Virus record (IMG/VR): IMGVR_UViG_3300044624_002303
Coordinates: 1 to 60,203 of that record
Origin: a virus
Taxonomy: Duplodnaviria; Caudoviricetes
Length of the DNA stretch: 60,203 nt
Strand: one strand, 5' to 3'
Below the pieces are notes generated by a model. It had not been told where the DNA came from. It did not search any database and saw nothing but the letters and a program-made list of their open reading frames with translations. The translations under genes were made by a program, and so were the position numbers. Positions 8,170 to 16,342 of the stretch are shown in pieces; positions within the stretch are counted from its first letter, which is position 1; each line of letters starts with the position of its first letter.

Positions 8170-8263
8170 TGGGCTCTCCTTCTAGGCTATCTGCCTAACG
8201 AGTCACCCAGCCTTCGCGCTTGCCGAATGGGTCCCCGGCGCATCAGCGGCCAACTGAGCCCCA
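8170..8263 (-). ncRNA. candidate structured ncRNA
   Basis: Terminal GGGCTC/GAGCCC; inner ACCCA/TGGGT with TTCG/CGAA, and a TAGGC/GCCTA hairpin. Confidence 0.4.
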
Positions 8264-8285
8264 TCAAAAGAGAGGGGGAACAAAA

Positions 8286-8921
8286 TTATTCTACATGCTT
8301 TACCTCATACATGTAATGGTCTGATGTCTCCAGCTTCCTTTTGTTTTCTACCGAATACACCGTCATATCAATCTCATACCCTGGGTTCTGTTTGATACGG
8401 TTAAAGGTCCAGGCGTTGTCATACCAAATGATTCGGTTGTTGGGATACGCATAGTAATTACCGCTGTCCATCTTGAAAAGATGGGCGCACTTATGCTCGG
8501 GTGTCTCTGAGAAATTAAAGTCGGTCGTACCCTTGTTTTCCCATGACCAATCAAGCGTAAACATGTAGGAGCCAAGAGCCTTCTCACCGCTGGGCTTGAT
8601 CAATTCAGCTTGCAACCCGGCAAGTCGTGCACGTTTCTGAACGTCAATATAAGGTGAGAAGCAGTCCCAGTACATCACGTCTTCCAACGGCTCAACGGGT
8701 GCATCAGGCTTCCAGCAGAACGCATGTAGGGGACGCCGTGTCCAATTCACGCCATTCTCAAGGAAGGCTTCAAAGAGAGGTACACGCTTCTCAATACTGG
8801 CAACGCAGTGCACATCACACTTGGTCACCTCGCCATGACCTTGCTTGTGGTTGTAAAGAAACTCGTTGCGGATGTAGCACGACCAATCGGGAAGGTTGTG
8901 ATTCAAATACGCCACGTACAA
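8286..8921 (-). CDS. conserved phage hypothetical protein
   Basis: YLNHNLP...WDCFS...YMFTLDW...SETPEHKCAH...PNNRIIW; start may be GTG at 8915. Confidence 0.75.
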   Translation of the reverse strand: MYVAYLNHNLPDWSCYIRNEFLYNHKQGHGEVTKCDVHCVASIEKRVPLFEAFLENGVNWTRRPLHAFCWKPDAPVEPLEDVMYWDCFSPYIDVQKRARLAGLQAELIKPSGEKALGSYMFTLDWSWENKGTTDFNFSETPEHKCAHLFKMDSGNYYAYPNNRIIWYDNAWTFNRIKQNPGYEIDMTVYSVENKRKLETSDHYMYEVKHVE

Positions 8922-8947
8922 AAAATCCCGGTTGTTATACCGGGATC
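8918..8947 (-). terminator. Rho-independent terminator-like hairpin
   Basis: ATCCCGGT-ATAACA-ACCGGGAT followed by a T-run on the - strand. Confidence 0.55.
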
Positions 8948-9052
8948 ATACTTCCTTCCCACTCAGACTGTTGCTAAGCACTACGTTCGTAACGTGAAGG
9001 AGCTTTCGACTATTAGCTCCGGAGCGGTATTGCTCCGTATGTCAGGATATCA

Positions 9053-9217
9053 CTATTTTTTCTTTTTTGCGGCTGCGGCTTTCTTTGCTTCGATCATTGC
9101 TTTGAACTTGTCGCGGGCAGCAGCTTGCTTGTCGGTGCCACCTGCTTTGCCTTTATCCGGAGCTTTTTTACCCTTGGGAGGAACAGCTTTACCTTTAGGC
9201 GGAACTGCTTTAGCCAT
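9053..9217 (-). CDS. 54 aa Lys/Ala-rich basic protein (absent from the ORF track)
   Basis: MAKAVPPKGKAVPPKGKKAPDKGKAGG...AKKKK; histone H1-like composition. Confidence 0.65.
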   Translation of the reverse strand: MAKAVPPKGKAVPPKGKKAPDKGKAGGTDKQAAARDKFKAMIEAKKAAAAKKKK

Positions 9218-9247
9218 AATCGTTAAGTATCTTTATTGATTATAAAG

Positions 9248-9448
9248 TTACTTACCTTGTTTATAACGACGGGCGGCACGTCCGGCTTTTTTGGCACGTT
9301 CAGTGTTAGCTACAAATTGTTTACCTTCTCTACTACCAGTTCTTTTCTTTTGGTCAGTCTCCTCACGTTCTTCTTTAGACAGTGAAGCCCACGCTTTCTC
9401 TGGTAAATAACGCTTAGTGTATCCTTTTTGAATTGCTTTGTCTGCCAT
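9248..9448 (-). CDS. basic protein, C-terminal half of a split conserved family
   Basis: KRYLPEKAW...ETDQKK...GKQFVANT; TAATG coupling to the upstream gene. Confidence 0.7.
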   Translation of the reverse strand: MADKAIQKGYTKRYLPEKAWASLSKEEREETDQKKRTGSREGKQFVANTERAKKAGRAARRYKQGK

Positions 9449-9732
9449 TATTTGCTTTCCTTGTACTTCTTAGCAGCTGATTTAGCTTTTTCACGTTTCT
9501 CATACTCATCTTTGGTCTGCCACTTTTCTTCGCCCCATTTCTCCAAATCTTTTTGCTTCTCACCTTTGCCGCCTTTGTATCCACCACCAGCTTCTTTGTA
9601 TTCACTGGCAACAAGCTGAGCTTTACGTGCAGACCACTGACCAGGCTTACCACCTTTGGAGCCAGCCATCACGCGATCTTTGATTCGTTCACGTAACTCA
9701 GGTTTTGAGTACTTGCTATCATCCTGCGCCAT
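9448..9732 (-). CDS. basic protein (GGKPGQWSARKAQ family), N-terminal half
   Basis: KYSKPELRERIK...GGKPGQWSARKAQL...GGGY...KWGEEKWQTK. Confidence 0.75.
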   Translation of the reverse strand: MAQDDSKYSKPELRERIKDRVMAGSKGGKPGQWSARKAQLVASEYKEAGGGYKGGKGEKQKDLEKWGEEKWQTKDEYEKREKAKSAAKKYKESK

Positions 9733-9886
9733 CAGGATCTTTATTACGTTCTTTTAGTATTTTAGCCCACTTACATGGACGTGATAATACTTGCTCTAGC
9801 TCCTTGTCAGTTGGGCAAGGAATAGGAAGACTGAACAAATATTTTTCGAGGCGTTCAGCCTCGGTAATGATTCGTCTTTTCGTCAT
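9719..9886 (-). CDS. 55 aa hypothetical protein (absent from the ORF track)
   Basis: MTKRRIITEAERLEKYLF...; fills the gap with short overlaps on both sides. Confidence 0.45.
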   Translation of the reverse strand: MTKRRIITEAERLEKYLFSLPIPCPTDKELEQVLSRPCKWAKILKERNKDPDGAG

Positions 9887-10067
9887 CCCTCTTGGCAAAT
9901 TGCTGCATCAAATCATCGACCTGCTCTAAAGATTCCAAGCGGCACAAAATATCAGAGATGGTGGTAATCGTAACAGGATGCTCCGTACGCGCAGCAAACG
10001 CCAATGCATCACGCATGCAATTAGACGCTTGTTCAATGGACTCCTTAACTTGAGTGGAAAGAGACAT
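9855..10067 (-). CDS. hypothetical cyanophage protein
   Basis: MSLSTQVKESIEQA...RDALAFAARTE. Confidence 0.65.
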   Translation of the reverse strand: MSLSTQVKESIEQASNCMRDALAFAARTEHPVTITTISDILCRLESLEQVDDLMQQFAKRDDEKTNHYRG

Positions 10068-10164
10068 TTCGGAGCTACGGGGTCCTCTTACTATAGTAAA
10101 CATAACAGCTTTCTGAGCTGTTTATATTATGGGGCAAGACAAAATCCTTGGAAAGTACGGATAT

Positions 10165-10746
10165 CTAGTACCAGATCCAACCAATTTGATAGGAATCAAA
10201 CCATGGTTCAATGCCAATTGACTGCATAAGTTCGTAGACAAGACGCCCTTTGCCGTGACGACGTCCATCTGGAGCTTTGATATTGTCGTCAACAACGATC
10301 AAAGTCCCTGGAGCAAGCAAAGAATGTGCTGCAAACATCTCTTTGAGATGGTGGGCAGCCGGTGCCCAGTCATTGTTCCAATCTGTAATGTTGTAAGAAT
10401 CCAGGTAGAGGAGGTCGCATGTACCAGTAAAGGTATCAAGTGCTTCTACGGAATCCGATTCAATAACATCGGCATGCTTGGTGGTTTGCCGAGCCAAAGC
10501 GCAAGCACCTGGATCGATGTCAATTGAAATCAGCTCGCCTTCTCCACGGATGTCGATGTAGTTATCGAACAGAAGTGTTGAGCAGCCATCGCCCGTGTAA
10601 TTGTTTTCTTCTCGATATGTACCAGTTTCAATGATGACTGGATTACTGCGTTCATCTAGGTACTTAAAAACCTTTTGGAAGGTATGCTGACGTGCACCCA
10701 GCTTGTTTTTAATGGGTTTGAAGTAATCGTCCCAGGTACGTGTCAT
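10165..10746 (-). CDS. class I SAM-dependent methyltransferase (Methyltransf_24-like)
   Basis: IIETGT motif I, SIDIDP, DSV, DLLYLDS, IVVDDN. Confidence 0.8.
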   Translation of the reverse strand: MTRTWDDYFKPIKNKLGARQHTFQKVFKYLDERSNPVIIETGTYREENNYTGDGCSTLLFDNYIDIRGEGELISIDIDPGACALARQTTKHADVIESDSVEALDTFTGTCDLLYLDSYNITDWNNDWAPAAHHLKEMFAAHSLLAPGTLIVVDDNIKAPDGRRHGKGRLVYELMQSIGIEPWFDSYQIGWIWY

Positions 10747-10748
10747 TG

Positions 10749-10907
10749 TTATAAGTCGACTCGAGTGTAAGGAATCTCCTTGGATTGTAGCTCTATTTCG
10801 TAAACGTCTGCCTCAATGGTTTCAACATCTTCAAAAGCTAAGCCTTCAAAGCAACCGGTACGACATTCGTCATCAAATTCAAAATAAAAGCGCGTTAAGT
10901 TTGACAT
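10749..10907 (-). CDS. 52 aa acidic hypothetical protein (absent from the ORF track)
   Basis: MSNLTRFYFEFDDECRTGCFEGLAFEDVE...YTRVDL; fills the gap. Confidence 0.55.
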   Translation of the reverse strand: MSNLTRFYFEFDDECRTGCFEGLAFEDVETIEADVYEIELQSKEIPYTRVDL

Positions 10908-11121
10908 CATGGGTTGTGCACCAGATGAAGAGGAAGGTCAGTGCAAGCATGGCGAGACGACCATTGACACGTTCGGCATACCAAAGGTGATCATCAAGGT
11001 TTGTATGCCACTTCCAGAAGCGAAGGTCAGGTGACATCTCTAGGATCCACTCCCAAAGAGCAGGAAGAAGCCAGCCAAAACACGACGCATAACCCTGGAT
11101 GCCAAGAAGGAATTTGTTCAT
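10879..11121 (-). CDS. hli: high-light-inducible protein
   Basis: AERVNGRLAML chlorophyll-binding motif followed by a TM helix. Confidence 0.85.
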   Translation of the reverse strand: MNKFLLGIQGYASCFGWLLPALWEWILEMSPDLRFWKWHTNLDDHLWYAERVNGRLAMLALTFLFIWCTTHDVKLNALLF

Positions 11122-11240
11122 TGACGAGATGCAACTTCCATAAAGAACAAGTAGGCATCCATGCTAATCACGACGAGCATGGCGCCAAGGATTGAGGCGA
11201 TTGCGTAGTTGAATCCGTCCATCACACGTAGTTGACTCAT
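11118..11240 (-). CDS. small single-TM membrane peptide (absent from the ORF track)
   Basis: MSQLRVMDGFNYAIASILGAMLVVISMDAYLFFMEVASRQ; ATGA overlap with hli. Confidence 0.5.
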   Translation of the reverse strand: MSQLRVMDGFNYAIASILGAMLVVISMDAYLFFMEVASRQ

Positions 11241-11273
11241 CTGCTAAGCTAGCAGCAATATACAAAACCATCA

Positions 11274-12128
11274 ATGGTTGCTAAGATAAATACATCGGAT
11301 CCTTGGATTAAAGCCAAGGAAGAGCAACCTGAGATGATGCGGTCACTCAATCGGACCGCAGCCAGAATTACGCTTAACGGCAGACGTCACTATACAACGC
11401 CGTTACCCACTGGACCTGCGCCGTCCGTAACTACTATTATTGGTGAGACAGCTTCCGAAGCAAATAAACGGAAGCTCGAAATGTGGTCAAAAGCTAACCC
11501 AGGTGTTAAAGAAGCTGCTGCCGAAAGAGGTACTGCCATCCACTATGGCATGGAACAGTACCTTAAAGGGAATAAAAACCCTGAAATCAAGGAGGAATAT
11601 GCGGACTTTTGGGCAGGTATGCCGCCAATTCTGGATCAATTTGACGAGATCCTTTGGGCCGAGTCGCCTGTTCTGGATAAATTTAACTTTACTATTGGTT
11701 CTGATGACGTTGCTCGCGTATGGGGCTGTGACTCAGAAGGTCGTGCTTGGGCTGGTGCTCCTGATATTATTGCTGTTGCCAATAACAAACTGACGCTTGC
11801 CGACCTAAAGACCAGCGTCAAACCCTACAGCCGCAAGTGGCCTAAAGATTTGGAGAAGGGGTCCCAGGAGTGGAGGGATCTTTTGAGTGGCCACCTTAAA
11901 TTTAAAAAGACCTGTAAACAGTTGGCTGCCTATGACATCGCTATTGAGCAGACTCTTGGTATGACCGTACAGCAGGCCGCCATCCTGGTGTCAACTCCTC
12001 TACGTACTCAGATTTTTAAAATCTCCAGGAGATTCTTAGATTCTTTACGGGAAGATTGGTATGCGATTGTTGCCGAATACTATTCGCAAATTGAAAATTG
12101 TAATGTGTACGACGCAGATCTGATCTGA
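11274..12128 (+). CDS. PD-(D/E)XK exonuclease
   Basis: PSVTTII...ERGTAIH...AGAPDI...LADLKTS...QLAAY motifs. Confidence 0.85.
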   Translation: MVAKINTSDPWIKAKEEQPEMMRSLNRTAARITLNGRRHYTTPLPTGPAPSVTTIIGETASEANKRKLEMWSKANPGVKEAAAERGTAIHYGMEQYLKGNKNPEIKEEYADFWAGMPPILDQFDEILWAESPVLDKFNFTIGSDDVARVWGCDSEGRAWAGAPDIIAVANNKLTLADLKTSVKPYSRKWPKDLEKGSQEWRDLLSGHLKFKKTCKQLAAYDIAIEQTLGMTVQQAAILVSTPLRTQIFKISRRFLDSLREDWYAIVAEYYSQIENCNVYDADLI

Positions 12129-12165
12129 TTGGGGCCAGGGGGGTCTCTCCTGCCTTGGTAAACTA

Positions 12166-12354
12166 ATGGCTTACAACCCCCAAGGAAAGATGGAGTGCCG
12201 AAAGCGGCTAGCTTGGACGATCGCCTGTGAACGGGCCGTCGTCACAAAAGAAGATGCAGTCCAGATCTACAACAAGGTAATGAAAGAATTTGAAACAATA
12301 GATAAGCGGCAACAATACAAAGAGCGTGAGTCTAATAAGACTCAGCTAACTTAA
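12166..12354 (+). CDS. hypothetical protein
   Basis: 62 aa ORF directly after a TAAACT box. Confidence 0.55.
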   Translation: MAYNPQGKMECRKRLAWTIACERAVVTKEDAVQIYNKVMKEFETIDKRQQYKERESNKTQLT

Positions 12355-12421
12355 TAATCTCTTGATGGGCTTCATGGGTTGGGAGCCGTAGGATAAGAAG
12401 ACACACAACCAGGCCCTCCCC

Positions 12422-12607
12422 ATGGACGTACACGTCGGCTTGGGTGAGTGGACTTACAGTCTCATGAGTCGCATGATGAATGCGATGGACGGGGATTGTT
12501 TTGTTCTGCCCACCCTCATGCATCTTCATGCGTACACAATCTTAAAAGAGGCCTCCTTCCCCGATCGGGACTTTAAAGTAGTAATCAAGAACTCCACAGA
12601 AGTATGA
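12422..12607 (+). CDS. hypothetical protein
   Basis: ATGA overlap with the primase start. Confidence 0.55.
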   Translation: MDVHVGLGEWTYSLMSRMMNAMDGDCFVLPTLMHLHAYTILKEASFPDRDFKVVIKNSTEV

Positions 12608-15258
12608 CGAACCAGAATTTGAAAGCTCTTAAGCCAGGTGAAATCCGACTAGATTACATCCCACTTGATTGGCCCCTTACTCCCCTTGGACCCAACAAAG
12701 ATCCCTACATCCAGGGCTGGCAGAACAAACCATTCAGTGTTCGTGAAATTGAAGAGGAGCTGGCAACAGGTGACTGCCAAGCAATTGGGTTACTTGGTGG
12801 TCCTGCCTATAACCATCCCTATGGCTTGGTCTGGGTTGATGTTGATGGACCTAGTGTCTACCCACTCATTGAGCAAATCTCCGGCCTTCCCCTCCAAGAC
12901 GCGCTGCCTGCCACCCTTACCATCTTCAGTGGTAAAGTCGGCCGCGAACGGAAGCTCTACAAATTAAACCGCGATAAACACAAGCATTTCCTACGCAACA
13001 AGTACACCTGGCACGGGGAAGAAAACAAAGAAAAGCTTGAGATCCTTTGGAAAAAGCACCAAGGTGTTTTGATGGGTGTTCATCCAGAGACGGATGGATA
13101 CTACACCGGTGAAGAGCTGGGATTTGAGTGGTCCGACAACCTGCCTGAACTGCCGGAATGGATCCTCAATAACATCATCACCAAAAATGCCAAGCAAGGT
13201 AAGCCTGCCCAAGAAGTATCACGTGTGATCGGCGGGAACTTCGCCATCCAAAGTGTCGTTGGGTTGGATCGTGATATCCAACTTGCGTCCGAAGCAATGT
13301 GGGGTATGCCTCCAGAAGCGACGGATGACTATGACATCTGGATCATGGTTGGTCAGTCGCTCCATAGCTTGGATGAATCGCTGCTGGATGAATGGGATGA
13401 ATGGTCCAAGCAAAGCGATAAGTACAAAGATGGTGAATGCCACAGGCGTTGGCTCTCCTTCAGTAAAGGTGGTGGTCGTGGTATTGGCTCACTAATCCAT
13501 ATTGCCCAAGAAAATGGATGGAAGCCATCACAGGACTATCGCGTACAAAGCGTTGATGACGCAACACTAGAGGCAATTGCTTCAATCTTACCCAACCTTG
13601 AAGGCGACACATTAGAGCACATGGAAAGAGTATTAGCGCAAAATGCGGAAACACTTCAAACATCTAAGAATCCTGTAAAAACAAAACCATCAACGCGCAG
13701 CAGGAAAAAAGAAACGGATGGAGAAGAACCTAAGGATGCCAGGGGGCACAACAGACCATCTCATGAGATAGCTGATCAATTGCTTGTTGCGTACGCAGGT
13801 GATTTGTTGTTTAGTCAGCCCCACAACCAGTTCTTTCTCTATGACAAGAGGAAGGGTCTATGGGAGAAAAAGACCAAGATCGAGATGTATGGCAGCATCA
13901 GGGATAACCTGAAAGATCTTGCTGCTTCTGGTTGGTTGCCCAGGGGGTTTAACCACAACCTGATGGAGGACATGTACAAGCAGCTCCAAGCGTTGGTGCC
14001 ATTTGATGACTGGTATGACGAAACGGACTACCTGCTCTTTACCAATGGTTTGTTAGATGTTGGTACCAGGGAATTGCTTCCCTTCCAGCGAGAACTACAT
14101 GTAACGCAACAGATGCCGTATGAATATGATCCATCGGCTACCTGTGAAGAAATTATTAAATGGCTGAAGCATACGCAACACAATTCGTGGAATCGCACTC
14201 AAGTGCTGAGGGCATGGCTCAGGGCAACACTGCTTGGTAACTACGAAATCCAGAAGTTCTTGGAGATTGTGGGTCCAGGTAAGTCAGGTAAGTCCACCTA
14301 CGCAAACCTCGCCGTGGCATTGGTAGGACGCAGTAATACCTATTCCACAGACTTTGAGAACATGGAGAAAAACAGGTTTGAAGCAGCGGCCTATATGGGT
14401 AAAAAGCTCCTCCTGTTCCAGGATGCTGATCGTTGGGGTGGTTCCGTATCCAGGCTAAAAGCAATCACCGGTAATGACTGGATTCGTTCTGAGCGCAAGT
14501 ACCAAGGGGAAGCATTAGATCCATTTCAGTACCATGGGATGGTCATCATCACAGCTAATGAAGCTATTCAGTCCACCGACTATACTTCTGGTCTGGCTCG
14601 TCGCCGTCTCACCATTCCGTTTGACCGTCCATTTATGGGTGGACAAGCAGAACAAAAAGAGCTGATCAAGTTTGATAACAAAGGAAATCCAGAAGGTGAG
14701 TTTGCGTCTCTGCTACCAGGGCTTGTGAACTGGCTGCTGGATATGCCGGAAGCTGACATGCGTTCTTACCTCATGGAAACCGCACAACATGTGGACTTCT
14801 TCCAGAAGTATGAGAAGGAGCAAAGCCTGCGTTCCAACCCACTGTTGGATTGGATGAGCCAGCATCTTGTTTATGATCCGGGCATGTTCTCGTACGTTGG
14901 TACTTGCAAGAATGCTATGGGGTCAAGCAACTTCTACCAAGAATGGGAAAGATGGTTGTACCCAAGCTATGCAGAGTTCTGCCGTAGCTGTAATGTTGGC
15001 TTTGTGGGACGTGCTCGATTTGAAGTGCTGTTTTTTGATATCTGTAAGCACCAGCTCAAACTCAATGTTTTCAACAGGAAAACAAATGTTGGCTTGCAAG
15101 TGTTTAACGTCATCGTTAGGGGTTCAAACGCTAAGTACAAAGACTATCCTTCCGTTGTTGAAGTAGCAGCTAACCCGCAGGAATTTATCCAGCTATACGG
15201 AGTGGACATTAGTGCGCCTACCAATGCGACAATGGAGAATATTGCGGAAGTCATGTGA
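12604..15258 (+). CDS. primase-polymerase / PriCT-2 / D5-like SF3 helicase
   Basis: N-terminal Prim-Pol (WPLTPL..K.P, VWVDVDG); PriCT-2 (DYDIWIMVGQSLH..WDEWS); D5_N (LLFTNGLLD); Walker A GPGKSGKST; LKAITGND; RRRLTIPF. Confidence 0.92.
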   Translation: MTNQNLKALKPGEIRLDYIPLDWPLTPLGPNKDPYIQGWQNKPFSVREIEEELATGDCQAIGLLGGPAYNHPYGLVWVDVDGPSVYPLIEQISGLPLQDALPATLTIFSGKVGRERKLYKLNRDKHKHFLRNKYTWHGEENKEKLEILWKKHQGVLMGVHPETDGYYTGEELGFEWSDNLPELPEWILNNIITKNAKQGKPAQEVSRVIGGNFAIQSVVGLDRDIQLASEAMWGMPPEATDDYDIWIMVGQSLHSLDESLLDEWDEWSKQSDKYKDGECHRRWLSFSKGGGRGIGSLIHIAQENGWKPSQDYRVQSVDDATLEAIASILPNLEGDTLEHMERVLAQNAETLQTSKNPVKTKPSTRSRKKETDGEEPKDARGHNRPSHEIADQLLVAYAGDLLFSQPHNQFFLYDKRKGLWEKKTKIEMYGSIRDNLKDLAASGWLPRGFNHNLMEDMYKQLQALVPFDDWYDETDYLLFTNGLLDVGTRELLPFQRELHVTQQMPYEYDPSATCEEIIKWLKHTQHNSWNRTQVLRAWLRATLLGNYEIQKFLEIVGPGKSGKSTYANLAVALVGRSNTYSTDFENMEKNRFEAAAYMGKKLLLFQDADRWGGSVSRLKAITGNDWIRSERKYQGEALDPFQYHGMVIITANEAIQSTDYTSGLARRRLTIPFDRPFMGGQAEQKELIKFDNKGNPEGEFASLLPGLVNWLLDMPEADMRSYLMETAQHVDFFQKYEKEQSLRSNPLLDWMSQHLVYDPGMFSYVGTCKNAMGSSNFYQEWERWLYPSYAEFCRSCNVGFVGRARFEVLFFDICKHQLKLNVFNRKTNVGLQVFNVIVRGSNAKYKDYPSVVEVAANPQEFIQLYGVDISAPTNATMENIAEVM

Positions 15259-15605
15259 GCAATGGCCGGCACCTGATCCTAGATCTTTATGGTTGTACCA
15301 GGGAGTCTCTGGATGATTATCAATACCTAGAGCAAATGCTCCAGACTGCAGTACGTATGTCTGGAGCAACCCTTTTGCGTATTACAGGCCATAAATTTGA
15401 GCCGGAGGGGGTTACTATTCTTGCTTTATTGGCTGAATCACACGCCAGTATACACACATGGCCATCACAAAAATATGCCGCCGTTGACTTGTATACATGC
15501 AACCCAGATGGTATAAAGGCGCAAAAAGCTGCAGATTTTATTAAACACAAACTACAAGCTCAAGATATTGAAGAGCAAGAAATAGAACGCAAGGTCCAAA
15601 AATAA
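15255..15605 (+). CDS. speD: S-adenosylmethionine decarboxylase proenzyme
   Basis: GRHLILDLYGC...FEPEGVT..LLAESHASIHTWP..AAVDLYTC; ESH self-cleavage site. Confidence 0.93.
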   Translation: MSNGRHLILDLYGCTRESLDDYQYLEQMLQTAVRMSGATLLRITGHKFEPEGVTILALLAESHASIHTWPSQKYAAVDLYTCNPDGIKAQKAADFIKHKLQAQDIEEQEIERKVQK

Positions 15606-15609
15606 TTGT

Positions 15610-15646
15610 TAAAATTTAAGGGCAGCGGTGCGTCAACACCCTGCCC
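15610..15646 (+). promoter_or_regulatory. -10 box and 5' leader hairpin of an HNH gene
   Basis: TAAAAT followed by the hairpin GGGCAG.GGTG-CGTCAA-CACC-CTGCCC. Confidence 0.4.
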
Positions 15647-15670
15647 ACGGCAACCAACATCACTGGTCAC

Positions 15671-16342
15671 ATGGACATCCTACCTGGTTTTAAGCTCTGC
15701 CGCAAAGGCTTGCATCAATACAAGCCAAGTGGTAATGGACGCGGCTGCCCTGAATGCATAAAAGCGTACGCACGAAACAAATACCAATCAGACCCTGTGT
15801 ACCGCAGTAAACGAATAGCAAGTGCACGAGAACAAGAACAAAAAAACCAAGAAAAATGTAACGAAAGAAAACGAAACAAATATAACAACGATCCGGTATT
15901 TAGAGAAAAACGCAAACAACAAATCAACAAACAAAAACGTCAACTCTGGCAAGAAAACTCTGTATGGAAAGAACGCAAAAAGGAACAAACAAAAAATTGG
16001 GTGCGTAATAATCAAGGCAAAAGAAACTACTACGAAAAACTAAAAAAGGCAAAAAGAAAACAATGCATCGCAGGTTGGGCAGACAAAAGAAAAATAAAAG
16101 AGTTTTACCAAGAAGCTTTTTGTTTATCCTCTCAGGGTGGCCTTAAGTACCAAGTTGATCACATTTATCCTTTGGTGTCACATTTTTTGTGTGGTTTACA
16201 TGTAGAAACAAATTTACAAATTTTAACAGCCCAAGAAAACGCATCAAAGGGTAATCGTAAATGGCCCGGTCAACTCGACTGCCAAAAGGGCTCAGTTTAC
16301 GATATATTTCCTAAAGAACTCACGGATCTCCTAGATGACTAA
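15671..16342 (+). CDS. HNH homing endonuclease
   Basis: CRKGLH..CPEC N-terminus; YQVDHIYPL...CGLHVETNLQILTAQENASKGN; strongly A-rich compared with neighbours. Confidence 0.88.
   Translation: MDILPGFKLCRKGLHQYKPSGNGRGCPECIKAYARNKYQSDPVYRSKRIASAREQEQKNQEKCNERKRNKYNNDPVFREKRKQQINKQKRQLWQENSVWKERKKEQTKNWVRNNQGKRNYYEKLKKAKRKQCIAGWADKRKIKEFYQEAFCLSSQGGLKYQVDHIYPLVSHFLCGLHVETNLQILTAQENASKGNRKWPGQLDCQKGSVYDIFPKELTDLLDD

Noticed and set aside
7681-8263. CRISPR array or self-cleaving ribozymes in the RNA cluster
   Set aside because: The units share no direct repeat. I could not match hammerhead (CTGATGA..GAAA), HDV/theta, twister or pistol cores by eye; a covariance search is still warranted.
8627-9239. 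+ strand ORFs 8627-8977 and 8808-9239
   Set aside because: Antisense to supported - strand genes and a structured region; the hydrophobic stretch mirrors Lys codons.
11274-12128. Cas4 or a CRISPR-linked nuclease
   Set aside because: No four-Cys Fe-S motif and no cas genes or array; it fits an ordinary phage PD-(D/E)XK exonuclease.
12604-15258. Intein in the primase-helicase (also considered for the terminase)
   Set aside because: No C/S...HN-C/S/T splice junctions or LAGLIDADG blocks; the known domains explain the lengths.
15600-16342. Group I intron around the HNH gene
   Set aside because: The flanking speD and GT4 genes are each complete and there is no room for intron core elements, so the HNH is free-standing.
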